Assembly: GCF_037042905.1 (NCBI RefSeq) | Contig: NC_087257.1 | Span: forward strand, 7,688,001-7,752,000 | Direction: 5' to 3' | Length of the DNA stretch: 64,000 bases | From: Lytechinus pictus | Taxonomy: Eukaryota | Part shown: positions 38,342-51,739 of the stretch, in pieces | How positions within the stretch are numbered: the stretch's first letter is position 1 | Layout: each line of letters opens with the position of its first letter | Notes under the pieces: generated by a model | What the model saw: only the letters and a program-made list of their open reading frames with translations | Databases searched by the model: none | Told to the model about the DNA's origin: nothing | Program-made: the position numbers and the translations under genes

Positions 38342-38765
38342 CAGGGGTGGATCCTGGGTCCCGTCTAACAAAGAGTTGCAATTGATCCGATTAATCGCAA
38401 CTATGGAAAGCCAGCAAAGTCAACATATAAAATGCATGTTTGTTCAAAAAAAAATTCTAGGTGCGATGTATATTCATAAATTCATTGATTTCTTGACAAT
38501 TTGGTGTGTTCTCCTTTGTTTACAAAGGACATTTTGCAAATTTCGTGTAGAATAAATTATGACACTGATGTATTTTCAGAGAGTTAAGATTGATTGGTTC
38601 AATCGTAACATTTTGTAAGATGGGGCCCAGGATTTTCCAAAAGGTGGGGCTCATTTTGTCAATAAACATAATTATGACAAGCCCCTCCCCCGCAAGGTTT
38701 TCACCTAAAAAAGGGTCCTCACTTTCAAGGGGGGGGGGGGAGGACACACTTGGAATCTGCCACTG
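38342..38765. mobile_element. CAG-terminated MITE containing a nested Harbinger-like MITE (~38356-38628)
   Basis: Host caggggtggatcc / ggaatctgccactg; insert gggtcccgtctaacaaa..ttgcaattg / caatcgtaac..tttgtaagatggggccc with ctg/cag flanks. Confidence 0.75.
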
Positions 38766-40735
38766 AAGAGAAGGAGCACCTTTCAATATTAATTCAAGAC
38801 TGCAAGGAACCAGATTTTATCGGAGGGTGATTGTGAGGTTTCTTTTTTTTTTTTAAATTATGTTTGTATATTTTCCCGGGTAAAAAAAAAAATATCACCG
38901 ATCGTCGGTCATTCTCTCTCGAATAACAATTTGATTTCCCGACTCATTCTTAACCCTGATGAATGGCGTTTGTATTTTATCACATGCATTCTTTCAAATG
39001 TCAATATTCACTCACTAAAAAATCACGTATTTGGCCGCTTAGATTGCTATTTGTTCACAAAATGCTGTTCTCAGGGGATAACTCTAACATAAATTAAGGA
39101 CGGTAAAATCAAATAAAATAATGCTGATATGCAGTAGGTATTGGTATCCGATTCGAAATTGAAAAAAAAACCGTTATAACGTTATAATCCATCATGGCTT
39201 TATATGGCTCGATATTAGACGTATTTTCATTTTTCATCTACAAATACGACATCACAAAATACAAGCGAAATTTGATAGCAGAATAACACACTTTTATAAC
39301 TATGTTCATTAAAAAAAGAATCTTATACTGTTTTTGAAAAAAAAAATTCCCTTCGTCATAGAGACTTTTAAAACGAAACATCTCACAATGTATATTCTTG
39401 CTTCGTGTGCAATACGCATGATAAGGAAGAACAGAAATGTTATATTTACATTGGTAACTTGGCCTATATCCGCTGATTCATCATGTTTAATACTGTTTTG
39501 ATTTTACACGTTCTTTATTCTATTGCTTTTTATTTGTTCGGAAATAAAACCAAATATCAATATATGAAATATTTTGTTATTGTTGTTAAGTTGAATGACT
39601 AGTGAAAAAGTGCATTTTATTTGTCCTGTTTTAATTCCAATAATCCTATTAGACGTCCATTCTAAGAGCATTAGTCATCTCCTGTTGATGCTTTGAAAAT
39701 AGATTTGCTCGTTCGTTTACAAAGTCAGTATATTGATAGTGTATCACGAAGGGGTCCTGTCACATACTGCCGGAGAAAACCATCTGATAAACTTTTATAA
39801 TTTCTTTGTTTATTTTTACACACTTTTAGAAGATATAATATTCTTTTGAATTTTGTTTTATTCGTTTCTCTATCGATTCATATACTTTTATCATGTTTAT
39901 TATATATTAATTTATTCATTACTGTTACTATTTTTGTTAGTTTTGTTGTCGCTGTTACTCTTTCCTCCTTTGTTGTATATATATATTTACTATCCTACAT
40001 CTATTTATTTCATTTCATTTCATTTATTTCATTTTCAACAAAATATAAATCAAATCAATACAATCATAACAAGTCAACATCATAAAAAATATACCAAGGT
40101 CATAAAATCAACTTGAAAAAGACATGTTATAAGAAAGTTATATACATACAAAAATAATAATAATGTGTAAAGGATTTGTGATTTATAATTTGTGAAAATT
40201 GAGGATCCCACTAAAAAGCTATGCTTGTATATTGTGGGATCTTTATGAAATATAAAATGAGTACTCGTTAATATATATTTTGGCATATTATAATTACTGT
40301 TGTAATGCCCTCGTCATAATCATCATCACCACCATCATCATCATCATCGGTTATAATGAGCCAGACCAGAAGAGCGGTAAAACGGTATAATTTGACGGTT
40401 TTATGTGACAGAACCGCAAATAAGTCTATGCTAACAGTTGATTTTGAAGGTAAAGAACTGGTAATGCGTTTCCTTGGTGGAATTATACAGGATTATCACT
40501 TGTCTTGGTGAGCGTGACCTTGACATTGCTTTAAAGATTATCGCTTGTTTTTCGATGCTTCGTAAAACATGCAAGAGGAAGACAAGGTCGGAAGAAAATG
40601 AGAAGTAATATAAAACATACAGAATCTTAATTAAGATCAAGCACTTTAAGCTTTTCTTTTTCAATATCAAGAAAGTCTCCAAAATGGCAAAGGGGATAGG
40701 ATTGACCTCTGATGAAACTTTGCTGGCTATATATG

Positions 40736-42099
40736 AAGAGCTCACTTGCAAAAGGGGTTAGGTCCATTTTCCCGCATACATTCGTAATTCCGAAGCTTCG
40801 TTATTCCGAAGGTTCGGATATTCCGAAGGTTCGTTATTCCGAAGGTTCGTATTTCCGAAGGTTCGTAATTCCGAAGGTTCGTTAGTCCGAAAACGAAATG
40901 AGGTTCGTAATTCCGAAGGTTCGTTAGTCCGAAATCGAAGTGAGGTTCGTAATTCCGAAGGTTCGTTAATCCGAAAACGAAATGAGGTTCGTAATTCCGA
41001 AGGTTCGTTAGTCCGAAAACTAATGATTAACGAGCCTTATTTCGTTTTCGGACTAACGAACCTTCGGAACAACGAACCTTGTTTCGTTGTCGGATTAACG
41101 AACCTTCGGAACAACGAACCTTATTTCGTTTTCGGATTAACGAACCTTCGGAACATCGAACCTTATTTCGTTTTCGGATTATCGAACCTTCGGAATAACG
41201 CCACAAATGTTCGGATTAACGAACCCTTTTGCGTTTTCGGATTAACGAACATCGAGGTATAGGCAATTTACGTGTTTCGGAATTACGAACCTTCGGAATT
41301 ACGAAGTGTAACCCATTTTTCATCAAATTTTTATTTTTATGTCTCAATGTATAGATTTTTAGTAGCTCTATAAGATGATACCAAAAAAAGTTGAAATTCC
41401 TATTAAAAAGTGAACTGAAATGGCAAAGAAAAATCACCTTTTTTCAAAAAGGGGTTAGGTCCATTTCAGTTTAGTTACAAAAGGGGTTAGGTCCACACTT
41501 AATTTTTTTGGAAAATAATATCTTAAAATATATGAAGACAGGTAGATTTCTTTTATACCCAATTTTATGTTCTCATGATAGGGTATCATGAAAATTTAGT
41601 TTCGCATAAGAATATTGCGATATGGGAGAATAAAAAAAATGATTTTCTTGGAGTGGACCTAACCCCTTTTGCAACAAAACTCTTCTAAAGAACTTATTTG
41701 TCAAAAGGGGTTATGTCCATTTTTCATAAATTTTATTGTTTTCTTTCTATAAACCTCAAAATTTTTAGTCACTTTGATGATATCAAAGAAAATTTGAAAT
41801 TCAAATAAAAACGTGAATGAAAGTGGCAAAGAAAAATCACCTTTTTAATCAAAGGAGATTAAATTCATTTCAGTTTACTTGCAAAAGGGGTTGGGTTTAC
41901 AATGATATTTCTTTTTAATATATAGAAAAAGTTGAAGACAGGTAGATTTCTTTTCTACCGAATTATATGTTCAAATGATAGGGTAGTACATCATGACAAT
42001 TTAGTTTCTCATAAGAATATTACAATAAGTGAGTATAAAAACATGTTTTTCTCGGAATGGTCCAAAGTGGACCTAACCCCTTTTGCAACTAAACTCTTC
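40736..42099 (+). mobile_element. Non-autonomous DNA transposon with aaaggggttaggtcca repeats
   Basis: TIR gaagagctcacttgcaaaaggggttaggtcca / tggacctaaccccttttgcaactaaactcttc; AT-rich flanks. Confidence 0.88.
40773..41313 (-). mobile_element. ttccgaaggttcg foldback element nested in the TIR of the previous element
   Basis: TSD cattttcc/catttttc; reverse complement of 34663-35087. Confidence 0.9.
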
Positions 42100-42729
42100 T
42101 TATATGCATCAAGGGGTATCAACGCATTTTGGTCTCTTTGAATTTTCTATCGTCATTCGAATGCAACGCATTCATCATATTGTAGCTCTATTGCTCCGAA
42201 GTGAGATGGAATATAGTAGAAGGTTACCATGAAGTCGTTGTTATTTGTGTTCCATGACTTTCATTAAAAACACAACATCAATGTCAAGAATTATATCATG
42301 TTGTCAAACTTCTTCATTCTAATGGAAACTGTTTAAAACCTGAAAACATGTATAGTCATCAATCATTATAGTTTTAATCACGTTCACTGGCTAAATATAC
42401 TGTTTCCCTAGTACCTCAGAACCACTCTATTTACAATACTGTATGTAAGGAAAGCAATATCTAATCTAGGTTTATGTAAAAACAAAGACTATCAGATGCA
42501 ATGGAACAAGTTCATGACCTACTTTTTATACTTAATGTTATGTAACTTATTTTACCAACAAAATATTCAAGTAATAGTATTTTTGTTTTTGTTATGGTGT
42601 CAGGTCTAATCTAATAAGGTCGTTTACCTGTTAGTACTGTTTGTAGGGCGTATTATATCGAAAATAATGTCCCCTTATAAACTTGTCTGATAAACAGGCG
42701 TCCTTAATTAGCAACCGCGCAAGGAGTGA

Positions 42730-42980
42730 AATAAATACATTTGAATTTGAGCTTCATTACCAAGGGCATGCTACACCCCTTACCGGCATGGCAATAGCAA
42801 TGCCTTGAAGTAGGGCGAGCTGCTTTCATTACAGACCCACGTATTGCAATTGATGTTATCTCATAAGACCCATCACCTTTGGCCAAATATGCATTCATCA
42901 GCCGATATTAGAGCGGATTTGAGCAATGCTTCCAGAGTGAGAGATCGTGTTTATCCCACGTCGGGTCAGATAACTTTTGC
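42730..42980 (-). pseudogene. pogo-like transposase fossil (first D region)
   Basis: LISADEC (~IFNADExG), LAKGDGSYEITS, CHAGKGCSMPLVMK. Confidence 0.6.
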
Positions 42981-43654
42981 AATTCTCCTCCCATTCCCTG
43001 ATCATTATCTACTTGGAGATGCAAGCGTGGTGTCCATGAGCCGCGTACCACTAAAACACTGCTGCCCTACAAATAAAGATTAACAAAAAAAACCCGTTGT
43101 TATCCAAATCAAACATCTCCAGCGTGTGAGATGTTGAGTAACAACCGACCCCTTAAAGATCGAAAGCCGAAATATCTTCTTTTATAATTTTCAATGGCTA
43201 TGGGTTTGTAATGCTTTTGATACACAACGCAACATTCCCATTTGGTTCCTGTTAAGTTGTGCACGTTAAATGCATTTTGGGAGAGACTCGAGACAGTATT
43301 GAAAAAAAAAAAAGTGCTAACATGATGAAATCCCATTTTCGATATGAACACGGATTCTATGTGGGTTTCATTAATGCGATAGAAAGAATGCAACGTCTTA
43401 TCTTAAACCTGTTGCTTCGCACTCGAGATTAATGTCTCACACTTTTTAGGTTACATTACAATTCATTAAAATCACTGTTATGTATAGATATTCCGATGCT
43501 CCAGTTTGATAAACTTCCATCCATCCAAAACAATGATAAGCCTGGGGTCTGTTAAAGCCAGACAGTAATTAGAGCATTGTCATTGCTATGTCAAACAGCT
43601 CAAGGTGTCGAGAAGAAATAATAAGAACCAGGGCCTTTTCATACCAAGCGAGGC

Positions 43655-43842
43655 TAGTCTACAACTGTAGACCCACATCTGCAGTGTGTGTATCACAGCT
43701 GATTCAAGGAGTCTGCATAGCAGACTAGGTCTACTGGAGCTGCAGATGTGGCTCGCTTCGCTCGCCCTTTCAGACTGGTTTGCTTCGCAAACCAGCTGCA
43801 GATCCCACTTCACGAGCCATTCAGAGTCTGCATAGCAGACTA
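43655..43842. mobile_element. 188-bp hairpin-rich element with TAG..CTA ends and 9-bp TSD (AcademH-like)
   Basis: Perfect TSD aagcgaggc; termini tagtct / agacta. Confidence 0.8.
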
Positions 43843-43854
43843 AAGCGAGGCCAA

Positions 43855-44165
43855 GCAGAAGAAGAAGCAGGAGAAAAAGAAGAATAAGAAGCAGCAGAAG
43901 AACAAAAATAAAAAGAAGAAGGTAGAAGAGGGAGACAGAAGAAGAAGGTAGAAGAAAAACAAAAAGAAGAAGACGGTAGAAGAAGAAGAAGAAAATGATG
44001 AAGAAGNNNNNNNNNNNNNNNNNNNNNNNNNNNNNNNNNNNNNNNNNNNNNNNNNNNNNNNNNNNNNNNNNNNNNNNNNNNNNNNNNNNNNNNNNNNNNN
44101 NNNNNNNNNNNNNNNNNNNNNNNNNNNNNNNNNNNNNNNNNNNNNNNNNNNNNNNNNNNNGAAGG
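43855..44165. repeat. (GAA)n tract with assembly gap 44007-44160
   Basis: Visible. Confidence 0.9.
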
Positions 44166-44214
44166 ATTCAAACAAGTGTGCACATAGTGCTACCAAGAAT
44201 TCATATTGCATTTC

Positions 44215-44335
44215 CTTGTATTTGAAAGTAGGGTAAGAGAGCACTGTCGAAATAAATGCCTTTCTAACGTATCCGGTGGGTCGAACCTCGGTCTTTCATG
44301 TGTCTAGTCGGGCGCCTGTGACCACTCGGCCACGA
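44215..44335 (-). mobile_element. tRNA-derived SINE head (degenerate)
   Basis: Reverse strand tggccgagtgg ... ggttcgaccc, then aaggcattta. Confidence 0.7.
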
Positions 44336-44834
44336 AACAATCGGCACCTCTACTCCTCAGCAACCCACCCACACCCACACACACACACCCTATCACACTC
44401 CCACACAAACATAATCATACACAATCAACTTACAGGAATACGTTAACATACTGCAGTAAAATTCACCAAATTATCAGCGTAAGTTTGATTAAAATTTTCA
44501 ACTAAATTATATTTTAATATTAAAAACAGAAAAAATAGCCTGAATGGCAATTTTTTCAAATTATAGGAAGTGTCATCATTTTCTTTATGACTGACCGGAT
44601 TAATTTCGAGCATTTTTTTTGGAAAGAGAGATTTTATCCCAAAAATAACGTGGTGGGATCGTGGTCATACTTCAAGTGGCGTTGATTCGGTATAGAAATA
44701 TTGGATTCCAGTTTCTTTAAAGTTAAATCAATAACGAGACCGCACGTAAGCATATTCATTATTATAACATTTTAGTTAAATATAATCCCGAACTCACCTA
44801 CAATAAATTCATTTGAGAACTTAAAAAAAGTTCG

Positions 44835-45203
44835 CTGCACAGTTTAAAAACCACGATTAATTGTCACTATGACATAGTGGATCTAGATATGGTAGAGTTA
44901 CATAAACTGAACTTTGTGATAAAATGAAATATAAGCCGAAAAACGATCACACTTTAAATCGCCAACACAGATAGGCACATGTGGGGCAGTACATTTTGTA
45001 GCATGGAAAAAACGAGCCCATAATTTGCTCAAATACCGGGCATATTTTGCAAATTTCTCAGCAACGACACAATTTTTTTTTCAGAATACCTTGGTAATTA
45101 TTTTTTTTTTTTATAGATAAACATAATGCACACGCAGGAACTTTTAGGGGACTTTGTACTAACTCATTTGGAATCGTTACCACAAGTGGCGTTTATCTTT
45201 TTA
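44835..45203 (+). mobile_element. Degraded copy of the Kolobok-like element at 46762-47156
   Basis: Shared ggatctagat..cataaactgaactttgtga..caacacagata..atcgttacca. Confidence 0.75.
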
Positions 45204-46337
45204 CAAGTCTCGATTGGGATGAGAGATGAGTAACATGCCCTCGGCCTCACCTTCAGATATGACTATGTAATGAGGCGTAGGCAAACACAGTTATGAACAC
45301 GAGATGACGTTTACTTTAGATATTGATTTGTTGTAAGGGAAGATGGAGAGAGGGGAGCGGGGAGGGGTGTAATTTGGCCTCGGGGCACGACAACCATCGA
45401 CCTAATAAGTTTTATGAAGGATAAAATCTAATTAGCCTACAACCATGACAACGTCCAAGTACAACACGGTGATTTTGTCATGAATTAGCCTTGGAACGTG
45501 CAAACGACTTCGATGAACGGAATGCGTGATGTGCTGACCGAAAATAGATGATGAGTGGTAGATTACGGATATGAAAGTATAGGGGTAAATTTAAAACGAA
45601 GGTTGAGGGGATAGAACGATTACAAAAAAAATGGATAAACAGTTTATTTTAAATGTGTAAGTCTAGTTAGGTCAACATACACAACATAAAGGAATTTGTC
45701 CTTTTTTACTCATTCAAAAGCAACTTTCTTTATGGTACAAGTAGAACGAAATCAAGGACTGGGCATGAATTTTAATTTCTTCTTGTATACAGATAACACA
45801 AGATTGAAAATAATCCTGTCACATATTTGATACCCTTTCCTTGAGAACAAAAAAAATTAACCTTGCACTGAAAATGACATTAATATTTTTCATTAAACAT
45901 TAACTGTTATTAAAACAGACATCGTTAAGGGCAACATAATTCAAACTTTTCATTTAAACGCTGGTCGGAATAGTTATGGGGCTATTTGGGCTTTCCCAAA
46001 TAGAGAAACTGCGCCGCATGGAAGATAGGAAATCAATTTGAGTCATGTTCTTACTTTGCCAGGGAAGGTGGGTGGATAATGAAGGCTAATACTATCCTAA
46101 AGGGCACAAGGACCGTGTGAGAAATGCTAACTCTCTTTCATCCTTCCCGACCGGAAGCCATATTTGGCGCGCTACTTGAAAACGCGCGGGCTAAAGCAGA
46201 CTAAAAGGTGCCGTCGGCGACCACGTGACCTCGTTTGTAATCACCAATTGTATGTGAGGTAAAATACTAGTCTAGAGCCTTTTATACATAGAACAGGGCA
46301 TTGAAGGCAATCACATTGAAGAAAACAGCCCCTTTAA

Positions 46338-47342
46338 AGGGATGGACAAGGCTAGTAATCTTTATATCTCAATAAATAGAGTAAAATTCACAAAGCAAAA
46401 TGCTAAAAATTTTATCAAAATCGGATAACAAATAACGAAATTATTGCATTTTAAAGATTTGCATTATTCCGGTGAAACAGTTCTAGGTATGTCTTTATGA
46501 ATATTCATTAGGTGGGCTTATGATGTCATATCCCCCTTGTTCTTTTGTATTTCATTATATGAAATTAAGTTTATTCAATATCTATCTACCAAGAACTAAA
46601 ACAATTGGATTGACAACTGATTAAGTGCATTAGTTATTCATTGCCGCAACTTATCTCATCATAATGGAGACACATCATAAACACAAGTATAAAAAAATGA
46701 AAGATGTATGATTTCATGTAATAAAATAAGAAAAAGGAAAAAGGGGATGTGACATCATTAAAGAGAAATTCCAGTAGTTGCAGTAAACACTGATTTCATG
46801 AGAAAGTCTGTAAAACCAGGCTTAATTGTCAGTATATCATCGAGGATCTAGATCTGGTACAGTTGCATAAACTGAACTTTGTGAAATCTTGAAATCTACG
46901 CTGAAAAATGTTCAGACTGAACTTCCCCAACACAGATAAGCGCACGTGGGACAGTGTATAATTATTGCTTTGAGCGTCGGGCCCGACGCTCTACCCGAAT
47001 CCTGTGCTTATTTGCTGATTTCTCAGCAATTACACAATTTCTTCCAGAATCCTTTGGCACATGCGTTTTATTTATACAAACAGACACTTTGGTGGTCATT
47101 TCATTGGATTCTGTACGAACTTATTTTGATATCGTTACCAAAACTAGCATTTACCTTTAACCCACCTAATGAATATTCATGACGATGTGCATATAACTGT
47201 TTTCACAAAATATTGATAAACTTCAATAACTTCGTTATTTGTTATCCAATTTTGATGACATTTTCAGCATTTTGCTCTGTGAATTTTACTCTAAAAAAAA
47301 AAAATTATTTAGATAAAAATATTTTCAGCCCGGAGCATCCCT
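46338..47342. mobile_element. Kolobok-like non-autonomous element
   Basis: ttaa|agggatgg..ggct / agcccggagcatccct|ttaa; long imperfect TIRs. Confidence 0.85.
46762..47156 (+). mobile_element. Kolobok-like element nested in the previous one
   Basis: ttaa TSD on both sides; removing it restores host gacatcattaacccacc. Confidence 0.85.
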
Positions 47343-47510
47343 TTAAGTCTGTCCCAAGTGTAAAAACGCCTTTCAAGTATCAATTAAATTGTTGTGACTT
47401 CAATCGCAATCGTAATCAATTAATCTTAATGTGAAGTAATTCAATTGCAAATTCATTGTTGTTCATTTGACTAACATTTGCCTTTTCATTAACATTCCAT
47501 CTAATATATT

Positions 47511-47915
47511 TGAAGAACTCAATCGCAAAAGGCGTTAGATCCATTTTTTCATCAAATGAGATTTTTTTTTGGTATTGATTTTTAGCATAGCTCTATAAGA
47601 TGATACCAAAGAAAAGTTGGAAATTCCCATTAAAATGTGAACAAATATGGCAAAGAAAAATCACTTTTTTTTCAGGGGTAAGATCCATTTCAGTTTGTTT
47701 GCAAAAGGGGCTAGATCTACAAAGGGAATTTTGGGGAAAAAATATTTGAAAAAAATATGAAGACAGGCAGATTTCGTTAATACCCTATTTTATTTTTACA
47801 TGGAAGGGTATCATGACAATTTAGTTTCGCATTAGAATGTTGCAATATGGGAGAATAAAAAACACATGATTTTCTTAAAATGTGTGAATCTAACCCCATT
47901 TGCAAACAAACGGTT
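47511..47915 (+). mobile_element. Degraded third copy of the aaaggggttaggtcca family
   Basis: Colinear with 40736-41680. Confidence 0.75.
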
Positions 47916-48214
47916 GATTCGATATCAGTTCATTCGTCATTGCGTCAGTCAATAATGTAATAAGCGCCATACAATATGTTGCAGCAAATTTTGGTATTAA
48001 TATTTAACCGACGGAAGGGCTGAAAATGGCATGAGCGGCAATCCCACTTAATTCTCATCCGTTAATTAGCATATTTCGACAGGTCATACTAAAAATTCAA
48101 CTGACAGTAGTACAATGTACTGTCGAAGACACTATTCCTCAGTGTTGTAATATACATGATACATTCACATCTTCATTAGATAGTTCGCAGCTATCTTATG
48201 CGATAACAGTAAAA

Positions 48215-48530
48215 CAACAATGATGACGATGACGGCCATGTTTATAATGATATGCTTATGAAGATCCATTTTACAATGATAATGATGATGATGATGATCA
48301 TGATCGTGACAACAATGATAATAACAATTTCACATCTTCAGTAGACAGCGTACAAATTATCTCTAATACATAGCAACATTATGCACAATAAATATAATGA
48401 TGATGATGATGGGGGTGAAGGTAGCGGAGGTGATGAGATGATGATGATAATGATAAACATGATGTTGGTGTGATGATGACGACGACGATGAGGATGATAA
48501 TGATGGTGTTGATGATGATGATTGATGATC
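48215..48530. repeat. (GAT)n microsatellite
   Basis: Visible. Confidence 0.85.
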
Positions 48531-49596
48531 AACGGATTGAAGTTGCAAAATTCTGAATTCTTGTCAGCTAACAGTATTAAAACTGTAAAACACCTGAGGT
48601 TTATTTCACTTAACCAATTTAAAATTGATAGAGTAGAAATGGGGGGGGGGGGGCATAAAGCAAGAGGGACCGAGATAGGGAAAAAGAGAGGAAATATAGG
48701 GAGAGAGAAAAACTAATTATATCGGTCATTGTTGCTGTAACATTATTATAATGCCTCTATCATTGAGAGGATATTTATTTTTGCATTTTTATAATATTTC
48801 TCCTCCTCCTTTTTCAAAATACCCCGGCGCCATGTTTTGTTTTGCAGTTAATGATGTAGGTTCCGGGACACATGCCCCACTTCTTCAGTGGGGGATGGAA
48901 TAGGATGCCGAACCTTTTCGTGTCTGCTTTCCATTCTAGAACTTCACGGTCATATAAGTAGTACGTGCACGGTGTGACCCGCGAGTGCTCTATAATTATG
49001 GGCGCTATTACGTGACAAAACGCCACCACTGAGAGACTAAAAGGACACGTGCATAGTCCATTCCACTACATCTGATCAAAAGGAAAAAAAAGTGGCCTTA
49101 TTATTTCAAAGACCCCTAAATGCAGACATTGACACTGCATTGAGTTTGTTTACTTTTTCTGTTAGTGATTTAAGTATAATTTTTGAAAAAAAAGGTCCGT
49201 TTTGGAAGCGTTGTCTTGGACTGATAAGAGTATTCTATCTTATGATCGTATTGCTCTCGTCTTCAATCCGAAATAGTGTCACCATATGGAACAAATGACT
49301 TTTAAGAAATACATGACATATCGATTGTCTTTATCCCCCTCCCTCTCTCTCCGTCTCTATCTCTTTAACTTATGAAATGTTCATGAACCGGGAAGATTTG
49401 AATTATAAATCATAAAAGCCTCATGACAAAATGACAGATTATGAATTATCATCATGATTATATTATTTTATGGATTTGTATAATTGGGTATCATACAAGC
49501 CTATGGCATTGATTGGTGTCTAGAAATCACCGAAGAGTAGGCCGTCGCCACTGCCATCACAGTGAGGTAGAATGTTAAATCCTGTCTCGATTTCTC

Positions 49597-50070
49597 GGTT
49601 ACACTTCGTAATTCCGAAGGTTCGTAATTCCGAAACACGTAAATTGCCTATACCTCGATGTTCGTTAATCCGAAAACGTAAAAGGGTTCGTTAATCCGAA
49701 CATTTGTGGCGTTATTCCGAAGGTTCGTTATTCCGAAGGTTCGATAATCCGAAAACGAAATAAGGTTCGATATTCCGAAGGTTCGTTAGTCCGAAAACGA
49801 AATAAGGTTCGTTGTTCCGAAGGTTTGTTAGTCCGAAAACGAAATAAAGTTCGTTAATCATTACGTTTTCGGACTAACGAACCTTCGGAATTACGAACCT
49901 CATTTCGTTTTCGGATTAACGAACCTTAGGAATTACGAACCTTACTTTGTTTTCGGGCTAACGAACCTTCGGAATTACGAACCTTCGGAAATACGAACCT
50001 TCGGAATAACGAACCTTTGGAATATCCGAACCTTCGGAATAACAAAGCTTCAGAATTACGAATGTATGCC
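49597..50070 (+). mobile_element. Third ttccgaaggttcg foldback element
   Basis: Same termini as 34663-35087; flanks gatttctc/tctttctc. Confidence 0.9.
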
Positions 50071-50149
50071 TCTTTCTCATCCAATATCTTAACATTCCAA
50101 ATGGTCACAGCACGATCGAACATTGACTGATGATCGACGAGAGATAATG

Positions 50150-50500
50150 CTTTATAAGGGTATAATTTACCTTTTAATCATCGTAGGAGAGCATTCCTGG
50201 ACAGTAGACATGGTAGATGTATCGGGTAACCGACAGCATTTTGTAGATTTCATTTAAAAAACGGGTGTCCTTCATGATCGGTTAAGGATTCATCAGAATT
50301 GCTTTGTTTACAGAGCGTATGTCTCGCAATCCTCAGCGGCAAAATAGCACGCCTTACAATCAGGTGAAAAATAGCGATGATAAATGATACGTCTGCGTTC
50401 TGGAGCGATGCTCAAATATCACAATTCTTCACATGTTCAGTTAAGACTAAGTTACCAATTCCCGTGGCATTGGCTATCAAACATACTCAAAGTTGACACG
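50150..50500 (+). pseudogene. pogo-like transposase fossil (HTH region)
   Basis: Frameshifted FK.NGxPS..D(W)LxGFIR at ~50253-50300. Confidence 0.45.
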
Positions 50501-51739
50501 GATGTTTGCTGTGACCATTCTCTTACATCTCATGCAATTATTACACACATCAAACTCATGCAATAACGCATGCAACTACGCAACGTTTAAGTACATTTCA
50601 GACTCGAGGGATCCTCGCATATCTTATTACCCAAATAACTTTTTTTATAGAAAATAAAAAGTTTTTAAGTGTTGTATTATCAGACCTTTTCTTATACTGA
50701 TTACTGACCAGTGGTCAATGACCATCAGTCCACAAAAAGCATGAGGAAGGGAACATCAGAATTGTCTCTCAAGGTTAACATATCGGAATTTTTATTACCA
50801 AATTCATGGTTGAATCCAGTTGTAGAAGATTCTGACTACACTCGATGTATTGCTATCACATCGTATAAAATGTGTGATTGGTTAAAATCACACTAAAATA
50901 CTTTGGTTCTAATCAGATTGAAAGATAAAAATTCTTCAAGTTTTAAGTCACACTTGGCTTTGGACAGATTCAATACTAGAGCTGTGTACGCATTACTCAG
51001 GTGTCCTGTCACACAGCTGTACGAGGTTATTCCGAAACTGTTATCAACCGAATGCCGCCCTTTGAACATTATTTAGTCTGTTATTAATTACGAACTTCGT
51101 CATCACTTGCTGTGTATAACTAGGATCGTTTAATACCTGTTGAATGCTTTTTGAAAACTACATAAATGCTGCATATACCCCCTGTGATCTTGAGGCACAC
51201 ACAGGCAATGCCAATAAAAAAAATAAAATAAAGAATGATAAAACTACTTGGCCTACTAACACTAATAAAAAAGCACTTGTAAAACACTATTCTGATTTTA
51301 AAAAATAAATAAAAACTAAAACCAAATATTACCTTTGAAAGAAGCAAGTGAAATATAACATGTAAAAACTATTAATAATATTTCATGCATGCCTATCCAA
51401 ATAACATTAGAATTTGCCCATCTTAATGAATATGACACGCTCAACGTCGACCTGTCACAAGCCACACTCGGTTGTCATTAGAAGAACAAAATCAACATTT
51501 GCTCATTTCAAACAGTGCTTTTCTCCATGTAAACAGCATCCTTTTTGTTTTTACAGAGTGATCGATTCCTTAACACTCGAAGGACACTTCATCGTGTTCA
51601 TTCTATTTTAATCTAAACACAACTAATCATGCTGACATGATGACGTAGATATTGGTTTAAAAGGAGATGGAAGAGCTAGACAGAGAGACAGAAAAATATA
51701 AAGAGAAAGGAAGATCGAGTGGGTGTGTTTCCCACTTAA

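Noticed and set aside
39751-40415. Possible element with TIR ggtcctgtcacata / tatgtgacagaacc and a T-rich-to-A-rich interior
   Set aside because: Short imperfect TIR and no TSD; not enough support.
40431-40735. Further pogo fossil candidates here and at ~45300-45540 and ~35540-35720
   Set aside because: Only one weak motif each (IIFKA, WNV, PPFI); below my threshold.
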